DNA of 64,000 nucleotides from the NCBI RefSeq assembly GCF_009914755.1, contig NC_060938.1; one strand, written 5' to 3'. Shown here in pieces: positions 36,480 through 49,900 of the stretch. The stretch comes from the human T2T-CHM13v2.0 reference genome, Homo sapiens. Under the pieces are notes generated by a model. That model worked only from the letters and a program-made list of their open reading frames with translations, was not told the origin of the DNA and ran no database searches. A program made the translations under genes and the position numbers. Numbering within the stretch: position 1 is the stretch's first letter; every line of letters starts with the position of its first letter.

Positions 36480-36941
36480 GAAGCTTCACTTGTCCCCTCA
36501 AGTTCACTTCTCCACTTCATCCCCTGTGATCACTTGATCATTTTCTGGCCCACAGGCTGCTGATGTGTCTCCACTCCCAGCAGCCTGCCGTAGGTCTTTG
36601 TGCTAGAGGACTTCCTTCAGCACATGTTCATGAAGGCCTGGCCGTGCTTGGGAACTGGGTTGATGTTCTGCAGAGGCCATCCCTTCTCCAGTGATGGACT
36701 GGTACAGAGGTATGAATGCTGCAGCTCCCTCACCCTGACTGGGACAACTCTCAGGTTGGGGCACTGAGCCGCAGTTGACCTCCATGGAACTTTGTTCGAT
36801 GCCAATTCCTTGTTGGCCTCCTTCCCTCCCCTGTTCCACCTCCTCGTCCCCCTACCTGATTTTCCTGGAACACTTCCTCATTGATTATTTCACAGGAATC
36901 CGCATTTCAGGAGCTGCTTCTGGGGAACTCATTTTAAGTCA
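36480..36941 (+). mobile_element. LTR16C-like ERVL solo LTR
   Basis: cagctccctcaccctgactgggacaactctcagg...tgcttctggggaac. Confidence 0.7.
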
Positions 36942-39807
36942 GAGAGGCAGAGTGGTCTCAAGGAGAACCAACTGAGAATCTTGCACCAAGCAGAGCCAAG
37001 CTCCGGGTTTTCAACTCTCCGAGTTTTCTCTGGGTCATATAACAGTGAAATTGGTTGCTGCTTCTACTCCTACAGCCTTCCATGATAGCTGCACCCGGAG
37101 TTATCAGCGGTTCAAACCCAAAAAGCTGATTTATCACTCACACTACAATCTAATGCAGGTGTTCCTGGCCAGTCAGCCACCCTGTGTTCACTGCGCCCCT
37201 TCCATCTTGTGTTCCTGTGTCTTCGGGTGCTCTTCTGTTCAGCCAGTGGATGTGGAAAGAGCTTGCAGGAGCGCATGGAAGGGTGTTATGTGCTGGGCCT
37301 AGAGGTGGTGCCCATCCCTTCAGCCTGCATTTCCTCGGCCAGAACCCAGTCTTGTTGCCACACCTAACAAAGAGGCCTGAGCATCTCATTAGCTGTGTGT
37401 CCCTGTGGAAAAGGAGAGGAGTTTCAATGAACACACACTGTAATCTCTACCACAGGCAAGAGACTTAACCTCTCTGACCTGGTTCTGCTGTAAGTGGGGA
37501 GCCATAACACCCCCGCTTCCTCTGGTGGTGTGAGGTTGCCTGTGCCAAGACATAGCATGAGCTTCCAGAGGAACTGCATACAGTAAGCGCATGGGACACG
37601 TTGACTCTCATTTCCTTCTTAAATTGTTGTTTTCAAATCTGGGCTCAGCACCACTGCATGGGGACAAAAACTATTAGTGCCCTTGGCAGCATCTCATAAA
37701 AACCTCCACTCTCCAGCCCAAAAGGAAGCCCCACAGCCTCCTCTTCCAGATCCCACAAGTTGTCTGAGAGCTGAGGTCTTTCATCCTCCCCTGCCTAAAA
37801 GCATGAGATAGAAACACAACATACGAAAGGGCACCGTGAAGCGTACATTAACCTCCGACCTCGTTAGAAGCCGCGTGCTCAAGGCCTGTTGGTGTCTCCG
37901 CATCACAGCCGGTCCCCTGTGCCCCTCATAGGTGTTGTCATTGTCATTCAAAATACCTGGGAAAATGTACTTTATTGAATCTGTTTCCACATTGAATGCA
38001 AACATGCAAGTCTGCTTCTTTCAGCAGAAATGCTCTCAGAGTTCTTTTTTTCCCCCTCATCAAATTCCTCCTTCCTTAAATAAAAGACTCCTTTTTTCCG
38101 CCCTTGGCAGTGTTGTTCAGCAGGTGGTATTATATGGATGTTTTTCTACAGTGGAGGCCTTCAGTGACCCTCATCTTAAGGAACTGCTTAAGCATTCAAT
38201 AATAGCCCATACAGTGGCTCTCTAAAAATAAACACCTGCTTAGAAAGAATTTAACCTGAGGACACACTTTAGAGGAGGGGGCATCCTTAATGGACTTTTA
38301 GTGCAGAGCCGAAAAGGAGTCCATTGCAGCTGAAAACTGCCGGCTTCTCGTCGTCATGATACCCGGGATGTTGTTAACTACTGGGCCAGGTGGGCTCAGG
38401 GAGTGGAGGTGACGGCGGCCTGCCGAGGGCTAGAGCCGGGGAGAGAAGGCGCTTCCTGCCTGGTTCCTTTGTTAGTCTGTGGACCAGCCTTTCTGCACAC
38501 ATGAAGAGGAACGAAGGGGAGAGGAAGCGCCCTGGGTGTGACATGAGGACAGTCATGGGCTGCAGCCGGGCCTGGCGTCCTGTTCTGGTTTTGCCATGTC
38601 CTGCTTGGGTGACCCGTGGCAAGCTCTCTACCTTCTGAGCTTCACGTCTGCATCAGAAAACTGGAGCTGGGAAACCTCTCTCAGAGTGGCTGTGAGGATT
38701 AGAGACTGCATCTGGGAAACTCCAGCGTGGGGCCTGGCAAATCACGAACATTCGATAATACAGTGGGTGTGGTCACCAGATCCCCGAGCTGCAGAGGAAA
38801 GGAAGCGGCATTGCTGGTGCAGCTCGAAAAAAGATGAAACTCATGTGTCAAATCCCAGCAAGCAGAATGGGGAAACACCCAGGGCATGGTTTGGAAAGTC
38901 CCCGACATTGCGTAGGGGGTTATGTGAGGCAAATTCAAATAACGGATCATGCAAGTGTCATCTCAGGCTCTCCCCACGGCAGCCCCGTGAGAAAGGTCTC
39001 ATGATCCCATTTTACAGGTGAGGAGACTGTGGCTCAGAGCTGTGCATATGCCACCCAGCCTGCAGGGGGGGCCAGAGTTCAGTCTCAGAACTGGGCTCTT
39101 TCTACCTGGCAATTCTACTTCCCTTAGTGTCTGCCTTAGAATTTCTCCCCCAGAAGACACGACCTACTACTCTTCAGTATAGATTCCACCATTTTCCATT
39201 GCACAGAGTGCCTGGTATGGAGGTACAGGTAGGAGAGAGTGGCTAAGGTAAAGTTCCTGCACAGCTGCGGAGCTCCTTGCAACGGCATGGATCATGAGTT
39301 AGGGAGGACCAGATAATAACAGGTAATGGTGAGGATGCGGAGAAATCACAACCCCATACATGCTGGTGGACATGTAAAATAGCACAGCCACATTGGAAAG
39401 AGCCTGACAGTTTCCCAAATAGTAAACTGTAGACTTACCATATGACCTAGCAATTCTGCTCCTAGGTGCATACCCAAGAGAAATGAAAACATGTGCCCAT
39501 GCAAAAACTTGTACAGAAATGCTCATAGCAGCATTGTTCATAATAGCCAAAAGGCAGAAACAACCCAAATGTCCAACAATGGGTGAATGGGTACACAAAG
39601 TGTGGTCTATCCACGCAGTGGAATACTATTCAGCTATAAGAAGGAACAAAGCACTGACACATACTACCATGTGGAGGAACCTTGGAAACACTGTGCTAAG
39701 CGAAAGAAGCCAGACATCAAAGACAACATAGTACATGGTTCCATTTATAAGATATGTCCAGAATAGGCAAATCTATAGAGACAGAAAGTAGGTTCGTAGT
39801 TCCTTAG

Positions 39808-40176
<369 letters not shown>

Positions 40177-40250
40177 TGAGGTGATGAAAATGTTCAAAAT
40201 TGGCTGTGGCGATGTTTGCACATAGCTGTGAATATATTAAAAACCACTGA

Positions 40251-40422
40251 GGCCAGGCATGGTGGCATACGCCTGTAATCCCAACACTTTAGGAGGCCGA
40301 GGCGGGAGGATCCCTTGAGCCCGGGAGTTCGAGGCTGTACTGAGCTATGATGACGCCACTGCACTCCAGCCTGGGCCACAGAGCAAGACCCTGTTTGTAA
40401 AAATAAATAAATAATAAGACAG
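40251..40422 (+). mobile_element. FRAM-like Alu monomer
   Basis: Single right-arm-like monomer; TSD TAAAAACCA(C/T)TGA at 40238-40250 and 40423-40435. Confidence 0.85.
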
Positions 40423-42294
40423 TAAAAACCATTGAATCGAACACTTTAAATGGGTGAATTGTATGGTATGTGATTATGTCTTAATATAGCTGTTATTTGA
40501 GGAAAAAAGAGTTGTAGGGGGTGGGTGCCTAAAAAAGGAAAATTGGGTGCCATTTTTAGAAGATTGGAGAACAGATGCTGGGCAGGGAAAAACGGTCAAT
40601 GCTCACTTTTACGCGACTGATAGATGAAACGCTCTCATCTGTGTAAAGGCGCCTCGCCTGTGCCTGCTAATGGCAGGACTTCAGCAAACATGAGTTTCTT
40701 TTCCTTTCCCTCCTCCTTGAATACCTTTCTGTAGACCCCTAGTCTCAATGGACTTACCAAGCAGAACAGAGTTTCCTCCCTGCTTTGAGGTGGGAAAGAA
40801 AACTGTTATAAGCCAGTATTTCTAAATGAGAGGAAGCGGATGGAAAGGCACCCATAGTCAAGGAATATAGGGCTGTGCTTGGTGACATAGAAGGTCACTG
40901 GCATCTTTTGGAGTGTGCTGTGTGCTGGGCCAGGACCCCCCTCCCCTGCCCCTCCCACCTAGAAGCACCGAGTGTGACTGGTTTCCTACGGAACCCCCTT
41001 TGGAAAAGAGCTTGAGTCCACAATCAAAGTGTCAAGAAGTGACTGACCTCTCCCAGCCTCTACCTGCCATGGTCTCTGAGCTCTGGACTTGGTTCCCAGT
41101 GAGAGACTCCACATCCCCTGAGGATCCAGCCCTGGCCCGAGAGCTGGCCCGATCCTTTTGCCTGGGGCTCGGCAGTCAGTTGTACTCTGGATGCTCTTCC
41201 TAATTTCATCTGAGGCCTCACTGTGTTGACCTGGCCTCTTCCTGCTTGCCCCTCAGGCTACTCCACTCCTCAGCCAGCAGGTCTCACTAAATATTCCAAG
41301 GCCACTTGGTCTTAGGGACAAGGTGAGAGGTCAGCAAGGCTGGGAGCATCTCTTGTGTGTCTGGCCACTTAGGCCATGTGGCCAGGGGAGGGGCTTGATT
41401 CTCTTGGAGCCTGAGATATCCGTGCAGGCAGCACAAGGGGTTGGGTTCTGACAGGGTCCTTCTCAAAAGACCTTCTGGCTCCCCCACTTGACCTCTCCAC
41501 TAGCATTGTCACTCAATCCTTCGAGGGCCAGCTCTGCATCTGTGAAATGGGGTCATAATGCCTATTTCTTGAATTGCAGGGAAGTTTAAATGAGAAAAGT
41601 TTTGTGGTAACACCTAACAGAGTGGCATAAATAGGTGCTTATTAAAGCTTTTCATCGTCACCATCATCATCAATGATATAGCCCGGGGGGGTCAGTCCTT
41701 CCAGATCATTCAGGTAGATGGGTCCTTTTTGCAGAGTATTGTGTGCTGTATCCATTTTATTTTTCCTGGATTGGAAAATGGCCTTCCCATTCATTTTGTT
41801 GTGGAAACTGAGGCACATCCAGATGACTTAGCTGGGGTAAGTTCCCCTGTGAGCATACGGTATAGGTCAGCTTTCAACCGAGATTGCTTGGGATGTGTGT
41901 CTCTCTCCTCTCCCTGGGAGCCCCTGCCTTCCCCTGGGATGAGCCTGGCACAGTTTCAGCAGGGGACTGAGCAGGTCATTAATGAGGGACCTGTTCAAAA
42001 AGCCAGAAAATATCACCCCAAAGACATCCACGTAATGTATTCATGCCGTAGGTCATTGGCTGAGCCTCCCTAATTAAGGAGATCTGGCTGTCGGTACCAG
42101 TTTTGAGGGAGGTATGTGTCTGCAGAAAAACTGGCTGCTTTCATCAGCCTGGGCAGAATGTGGCAGGCCAAGCCCCTGGGCTGCTGATCTTAGCAGAGGG
42201 AAGGGCCTGGGAGCCAGGCTCTGGGGCTGGCTGAGAAACACCCATGGGGGACAGACCACCCCTGCCTGGTAGCTTGGTTGGTGCCTTGAGGGAG

Positions 42295-42500
42295 AGGGCC
42301 ATTTATTCATTCGCTTGACAGCTATTGAGCACCTACTACGCACAGCACAGTGCTAAATGGTAGCAGACACGCAGCTAGTAAGTGAGCATCATCCCTGCCC
42401 TCATGTTGGAGGAAGACAGAAATAATCACATGAGAAAACACAGTAGAGGGTATGGTAGTAAGTGCTACTGGGGAAAATAAGCCAGAGTGGGGGCGGGGTG
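42295..42500 (-). mobile_element. L2 3' end
   Basis: ttcattcgcttgacagctattgagcacctactacgc. Confidence 0.7.
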
Positions 42501-42875
42501 AAGGGGGGTGGGAAGGACTGTGACCTCCGTTCCTTGTGGGATGAGTGGCCAGCAGGGTGTCTGGACCTGACTTACACTCTCCCTGGGTTGTCTGTTGACC
42601 AAAGTGAGCCTTTCTCCAAGTGGTTTGCTACTCACCTGGCACCCACTGTGGACGGGGCACAGGGGACAGACTGCAGGGTGGTGGCTTGGTGTTCTGAAAA
42701 GCAGAGCTTATGGAGGGAGGAAGTGGGGTTGCTCATAGTAACAAGGAACCTCGAATGTGGACGTTGGGTAGATTCTCCAGATGAGGTTACGGACACAGTC
42801 TCATGGACACACTGAAGGATGGAAACAAGGAGACTCTCTCTGTGCAACTTCTGTGTGTGTGTCCCACAGAGAACC

Positions 42876-43246
42876 TGATATGGTTTGGCTCTGTGTCCCC
42901 ACCCAAATCTCATCTTGAATTGTACTCCCATAATTCCCACGTGTTGTGGGAGGGATCCGGTGGGAGATAATTGAATCATCGGGGCGGTTTCCTCCATACT
43001 GTCTCAAATAAGTCTCACAAGATCTGATGGTTTGATAAGAGGACCCATGACCTTTGCTTGGCTCTCATTTTCTCTTTGCCTGCCGCCATCCACGTAAGAT
43101 GTGACTTGCTCCTTCTTGCCCTCCACCATGATTGTGAGGCTTCCCCAGCCACGTGGAACTGTGAGTTCTCCATTAAACATCTTCCATTTGTAAATTGCCC
43201 AGTCTCAGGTATGTCTTTATCAGCAGCATGAAAACGAACTAATACA
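42876..43246 (+). mobile_element. THE1C-like solo LTR
   Basis: tgatatggtttggctctgtgtccccacccaaatctcatcttgaattgtactccc...aaaacgaactaataca; TSD GAACC/GACCC. Confidence 0.92.
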
Positions 43247-43489
43247 GACCCTGTTCCTGGGGTGGAGGCAGGGTGGTAAAAATCCATTAAGCAAAACCAA
43301 TGCAGTCATTATCTTGTGACTAGCACAGTAAATTATACTGTATTTTTTTTCATTAAAAGCGTTGGTTTAGTAAATGTACACATGTGATGTGTATCACAAA
43401 CATTGTGACTGTTGTGGTGTTTCTGTTTTTCTGACCCTCTCTTGACCTCAGAGAAAGTAGTTCTGATACCTGGGCTGGCTCTCTTCGTT

Positions 43490-43640
43490 GTTCAGCATGG
43501 ATTAAATACTTACTGACTGCCTACTGTATGGGCAGCTCTGCTCCAGGTGCAGGGATATGGCAGGGAGTGAAACAGGCCGAAGCATCTGCCCTCCTGAGGC
43601 CGTGCTCTCAGTGGGTGGAGACAAACAAGTGGGTGAATGT
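43490..43640 (-). mobile_element. L2 3' end
   Basis: aaatacttactgactgcctactgtatgggcag. Confidence 0.65.
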
Positions 43641-44149
43641 GTCATATGTCAAATGGATGTGCTATGAAGATGATGCAGGAGTTGAGGCTGGAGAGTGGGG
43701 AGCTGGGCAGGGGCAGGGGGTTGAGCCTGGGGCAGGGAATGGGTTGCATGGTGGGAGAATAGGTCCTGGGGGTTGCCTGGCTTCCCTGGACCATACAGGG
43801 ATGAGGAATAATGTCGGAATTCCCAGCACCTTGGGGGAACTGATGAAGCCAGAGGGGGACTCACTGCACTATTTTTCCCCATGACCTCAAGGCAGATGGA
43901 GGGGTGAGGCTGTGAGTGGTGGTGGTGGTGGGATGCAGGGAGTGAGTGAGGGGCTTCCAGGAGCAGGCAGGCCTCCTGGGGCCCCCTCTTCACCTGTGCT
44001 TGGCCAGAGGCAGGAAAATGGAGCTAGAGCAGGCAGAGCTCCTGGGTTTGAGTTGTGGGTCCGGAAGGGGAGAGGAGGTAGAGAACACTTTGTTGGTGCC
44101 CACGCATGCCCCACGGCCTGTTCCAGAGGCTACCTGCAGGCAGCTGTTA

Positions 44150-44488
44150 GCCCCATGCCGATGATTTTCTGTGTCTTTCTCCCACCAAGGGTATTCCCTC
44201 CCCACAGGGCAGTGGTGAGGCCCGGGAGCTTGTAACCATGGAGGACCCTTCAACCAGTGAGGAAGGGTGGCTGGTAGACAAATGCTCCCCGGCCCCCACT
44301 TCCTTGTTCCTATGGGGGATGGGTCAAGGGTTCCCTGAGGGTCCCCAATGCCACCATTTACAGGCTCTTGCCCTACCTCAGCCTCACTTCCCAACTCCCT
44401 CACCTGCTTCCTGGGATCACCTCTGAAACAAACTACTTGCACCTAAGTCCTTGTCTCAGGAAGAGACGGGGGAACCCAAGCTAAGATG
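44150..44488 (+). mobile_element. LTR16A/E-like ERVL LTR
   Basis: cctgcttcctgggatcacctctgaaacaaactacttgcacctaagtccttgtctcagg...gggggaacccaagctaag. Confidence 0.8.
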
Positions 44489-46021
44489 AGGAGAGAGGCA
44501 TTCAACCCTCATGTTGCCACCAGCTCCCTTAGCCCTGCTGGAGAGACTCGTGGCCAGGAGGGAGGAAAGTGATCTTGCAAGATATGGACATCTTCTGGCC
44601 CCAAACCTCATGGATAAAACTGGTGCAGACACTGTCTCCATGTTGCCTCCTTCCCCTGCCTCCACATGCCCTGTGTGGCAGGGCGGCCAGCCCTCCCTGG
44701 TCTCTAGATGGTCTTAGTTCTCTCTTCAAATTTCACAAAGAAGCAGTGTCCAGGCAAGTTTACTAGGGCCAGAAAGTGACATTCAAATCTCACTCCCAGC
44801 CCTGGGAGAGAGATTCACTAAGCAAGTGTCCAGCTGTGACATGCTGGGCATGTGGCACGGGCCTCTCCGGGCTATGCTCTTCTCTTCCGTATGTTGGGGT
44901 GATCGTGCCCCTCAGAGCTGCTGTCATGTCACTGTGACAGCAAAGCTCACCGAAGGCCAGTGCATATCCATGGCAATGGTTATCCTCCATGGGAACTCAA
45001 AATCCTGAGTGCGAAGGCAGTGGGTGGGTGCTAGGGCAGTGGTGACTTAGTAGATTGGGGTGTTCCTGCACCCCAGATTTTCCAGAACCTCCAACAACTA
45101 AATAATGGATTAACTGATTCATTGCATTTTCCTCTCCCTTGCGTGGGGAACACTTTTCTCTGCCCCGAAGTTCCCAATTTGGCTCATAAATAGGAAGTGA
45201 TGTCACCCTCTGCCTCACCAGGGAAGTGCTGGCCACCTTCCTGCAACACCTCAGCCGTTTGCAGGGAGGACTGAGTGGGAGTTTCCCTTTCCCTTTCCTC
45301 CCCTGGGGAAAAGGGTATCTTGAGAGGTCCAGGCCATGGGCTGGGGTCTCTCTTGGGCCAGGTTAATAGGACAGAATCGCTGCTCCTCCATGGCCCCTCT
45401 TGTTTTATCCCTTTCTTTGGATCAGCAGTGGCTCGCAAACAGTTTACACTGGCTGGATCAGCTGTTTACCATGGAGCAAAAGCCGGCCATGGTTCCATGC
45501 TGCGGGTCCCTCCTGCTGGCCAGTCATAGAGCCCCTGTTTTACCTGCGTGGAGCCCACAAGCCTGTTCCCAATCTCTTCTGTGTTGATCTTGGAGGGGGA
45601 AGAGAGGTGAACGATGTGGCTTAATATCAACCTTGGGCCGATTTTAAATTATGATTTTACTTTTATAACTTGACGATTGTGTCTTTCATTGTGAACTGTT
45701 TTAAATCCGCCCCAGAAAATACAGGATGTGGACAAATATAAAAAATTCTTTTGGGGGCTGGGTAAGGATGAATTTTATTTATTTGTTTGTTTCTAATGTC
45801 ATTTTATTTTATAATAGGGGTTAAATTTAAAACGAAATGAGATTTAATTTTTCTCTCTAAAAGCAACCTGAAACAATTAGACATCTCTGTCAGCACTCAC
45901 CAAAGTTCTTCACACACAATGGCTTTGTGGTCAGGCCTCTGTATGTTTTATCAATAAATTCACAAACTAGGGAGAACTTCATCAGACGACTTGGCTCCAT
46001 TTGGATGAAGAAAATGTGGTC

Positions 46022-46440
<419 letters not shown>

Positions 46441-46879
46441 TCACGGCCTCTTAGTGAGGGGGGCCTCAGTTTCCCCATTTATAAAATGACATGGCTGAAT
46501 GAGTTGATTGGAAAGCCTCTTTTGCCCTCTACTTCTAGGTCTCTATCAAATACAAATCAAAACAGTTGTTAGTGTGAGTGCTGACATAAATACCCATTTT
46601 CCAAGGCTCTGAATCCACCGGGTCAGATTGTATGTGCGCCTGCCCCATGGAGATTCAGCCTGCCTGCTGGGATGAAGCCTTTGTACACAGAGTCTTGAAG
46701 GATAATAAGTCCTTTGCTTAGGGAGCAGTGCATTAGGGAGAAGATGACTATAATTTCTTGTCTGCAAAGATACAGCTTCAAAAGGAGAATTCCTACTTGC
46801 AGAAGTGCAAGGACAGCAACGACAACAACAAAAATGTATGTGAAATTAGAGGGAAGAAAGGAAGACTCAGGCATAGCTA

Positions 46880-47250
46880 TTTTGGAGATTTTCCATCATT
46901 CAGATTGTTTGGGAAATAGGAAAAGCACATTGTCTGCTTCAAAAACCCTTCAGGAAATTATTAAAAACGCTGAATTCCTGTATAATCACCAAATCTCCTG
47001 AAGTGCACACATTATACACATTGTGAATGAGAATAAATTTATGACTAGGAACTCGCTTGAAATGAACTAAAAGTTGGACACTCTTTGTTGTGGCGCTAAA
47101 TGAGATTTTAAAAGAGAAATCTTGTAAATAGACACATCCATATTATACTCAAAGGGGAAAAAACCTATCAATAGATTGTTGGGACGTTTCTTTTTCATTT
47201 GTGTTGAGAAAACAATACGACAGCAACATTAAAGAGAATCGTGAAAAAAA
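46880..47250. promoter_or_regulatory. Candidate conserved non-coding element / enhancer
   Basis: AT-rich unique block with TTTATGAC, CTTTGTT, ATTGTT, AACAAT and ATCAAT motifs and several retained CpGs. Confidence 0.3.
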
Positions 47251-47949
47251 TCTCTTCTTCTTACTATACAAATCTTCCAACAATTATTTTCATTTTTCTA
47301 TGTTTTATTGTCTATGAGCACACATATTTTATAATACTCTAAACACGGTATAAATACTTTGTTATGTCTTCATCTTTTTCTCTCAACAGTACATCCTAAG
47401 CATCTTTCTGGGTAGTACAGTTTTTTTTAATACCACAGTTGTTCAAAGCTGTGTAATATTCCCACCAGCAGGAATATACCAGTCGAGGGGCTCATTCCCC
47501 GAGACACAAACACTGGGTTCATCTCCCCTCTGTTTTTATTGTTGCTGATCAAGGTTCAGGTAATATATTTTTCTCCCACTTTGTCATCTCTTGAATTAGT
47601 CCCAGGAGTGGAAATTGTTGATTCAAGGGCATTTTTAAGGCTTTTGATAGTTCATATCTTTCACCATCCTAAAGCAGTCCATTGTAACAATGCACTATTT
47701 TATCAGGCCTTCAACTCTGTCTCACAAGCATGGCACAGGTTTATTTAAAATAGTTCCCCCCCCAGTTAATTGTTATGACCTGGTATTTCAAGGGTGCTTT
47801 AAAGTGAATTTCTTTGCTTAATAGCTAGAAATAGTATTTTTGCTTGGGTTTACTCTTTGTACAGTTTCTTCAAAGAGTACACAAAAGTGTACAATTTGTA
47901 CACTTACTATTGTACAGTGTGATTTTATACCTGTTCTTCGTTCTTCCTC

Positions 47950-48430
47950 AATTGGCAATAGCAGCAGTGATCACAGTAGAGGTAATAATAACAGTAGTAG
48001 CAGGAGTGGTGGTAGCAGCAGCGAGCAGTGGAAGCGGTCTCAGCAGTGGTGGCAATGCCGGTGGCACTAGCAGTAGTAGCAGTGGTGGCAGTAGCAGCAG
48101 CAGCTGTATTGATAGCAGCAGTACTGGCAGCAGTAGCAATCGTAATGGTAGTAGCAGCGATTGTGGTAGCAGTGGTAGCATCAGCGCAGTGCTAACAGTA
48201 GCAGCAACAGCAGTACTAGTGACGGTGGTATTAGTGATAGTGGTAGTGTTGTTTTGATAATAGTGGTGCTGGCAGTGGCAGTAATGGTGGTCATGGTGGT
48301 GGGAGCAGCAGCAGTGTTGGTCATTGTGGGAGTAGCAACAGTTGTGGTCATGGCAGTAATACCACTGGTAGCAATGGTGGTAGTGGTGACAGTAGCAACA
48401 GCGGTGGTAATGGTGGCAATAGCAGTAGTA
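47950..48430. repeat. Cryptic trinucleotide low-complexity tract (GTA/GCA/GTG)n
   Basis: About 480 bp of in-phase degenerate triplets. Confidence 0.9.
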
Positions 48431-49190
48431 GCAGTGGTGGCAGTGGTGGTGGGATTAGCGCAGCAGTGGTGGCAGTGGTGGTGGGATTAGCGGCAGTGGT
48501 AGTGGTGGTGGGATTAGCGCAGCAGTGGTGGCAGTGGTGGTGGCAGGATTAGCAGCAGTGATGGTTGTGGTGGTGGGATTAGCAGCAGTGGTGGCGGTGG
48601 TGGTGGCAGGATTAGCAGCAGTGATGGTTGTGGTGGTGGGATTAGCGCAGCAGTGGTGGCGGTGGTGGTGGGATTAGCGGCAGTGGTAGTGGTGGTGGGA
48701 TTAGCGCAGCAGTGGTGGCAGTGGTGGTGGCAGGATTAGCAGCAGTGATGGTCGTGGTGGTGGGATTAGCAGCAGTGGTAGTGGTGGTGGGATTAGCAGC
48801 AGTGGTGGCAGTGGTGGTGGCAGGATTAGCAGCAGTGGTGGCAGTGGTGGTGGGATTAGCGGCAGTGGTAGTGGTGGTGGGATTAGCAGCAGTGGTGGCA
48901 GTGGTGGTGGCAGGATTAGCAGCAGTGATGGTCGTGGTGGTGGGATTAGCAGCAGTGGTAGTGGTGGTGGGATTAGCAGCAGTGGTGGCAGTGGTGGTGG
49001 CAGGATTAGCAGCAGTGATGGTCGTGGTGGTGGGATTAGCGGCAGTGGTAGTGGTGGTGGGATTAGCAGCAGTGGTGGCAGTGGTGGTGGCAGGATTAGC
49101 AGCAGTGATGGTCGTGGTGGTGGGATTAGCAGCAGTGGTGGCAGTGGTGGTGGCAGGATTAGCAGCAGTGGTGGCAGTGGTGGTGGCAGT
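48431..49190. repeat. Minisatellite/VNTR of 24 units (27-35 bp) with higher-order structure
   Basis: Unit GGATTAGC(A/G)GCAGTG(G/A)T...GTGGTGGTG(GCA); GGATTA counted 24 times from 48452 to 49156. Confidence 0.97.
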
Positions 49191-49729
49191 AGTAAAAGCT
49201 GCTGTGTCTTGAGCGTTGCCAAGTGCCACGCATTCAGTCCACCCAACAACTCTGTGATGGTTTTTGCCTACTCCCCTTTCACAGGTGAGGAGAGACAAGT
49301 GGACAGGAGAGTGGGGGTCTATTTGCCAGGCATTCCAGGGGTGAGTTCCTGCTGGGCCTGGACGGTGGGTGGAGGGGAGTGAGGGTGGGTGTGAGTGAGG
49401 GACTGATTCTGAAATTTGGCGCTCATTCTGGAAGCAACAGGAGGCCATTATCGCTTCGTTCTGCTAGCACCATAATTAAGCACAGGCCTTCTTTCCCCAG
49501 ATTTGGGTTTTGTCCATCTCATATTTCTCCATAGAATCTAGCATCAAGCTATGCAGCAGTAGCACTGAATGAGTACTGAGCGAATTCATGATGTAGCCCC
49601 AGTGATGTTTCAAATGCAGTCCTGACCCTGCCAACACCTGCTCAGAACCCTCCCTCTGCTTCTCAGGGCCCCTAGGGTGGAGTCCAAGCACCTTCCCCAG
49701 CCTGCAGGTCCCACAGCAGCCCGTGTCCT

Positions 49730-49900
49730 GCCTGGGTTAAAATCCCAGCTCTGCCACTTACTAGCCATGTGACGAGTGGCATCTCTGTGCCCCATTTCCT
49801 CACCTTTGTGGAGAGAACAGGAGAATCTTACTTTAGGATTAAATAAGAGAATGCATAGAGGACATTGTTCCTGGCACAGGAGTGTTGCTCGCTATTAGTA
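49730..49900 (+). mobile_element. MIR SINE
   Basis: cctgggttaaaatcccagctctgccacttactagccatgtgac. Confidence 0.8.

Noticed and set aside
48431-49190. CRISPR-like or telomere-like array
   Set aside because: There are no unique spacers or cas genes and the DNA is primate; GGGATTAG is not a TTAGGG repeat.
47840-49249. Poly-Ser/Gly, poly-Val/Ala and poly-Leu/Pro ORFs
   Set aside because: These are alternative frames of the triplet-based repeat and are open only because of its periodicity.
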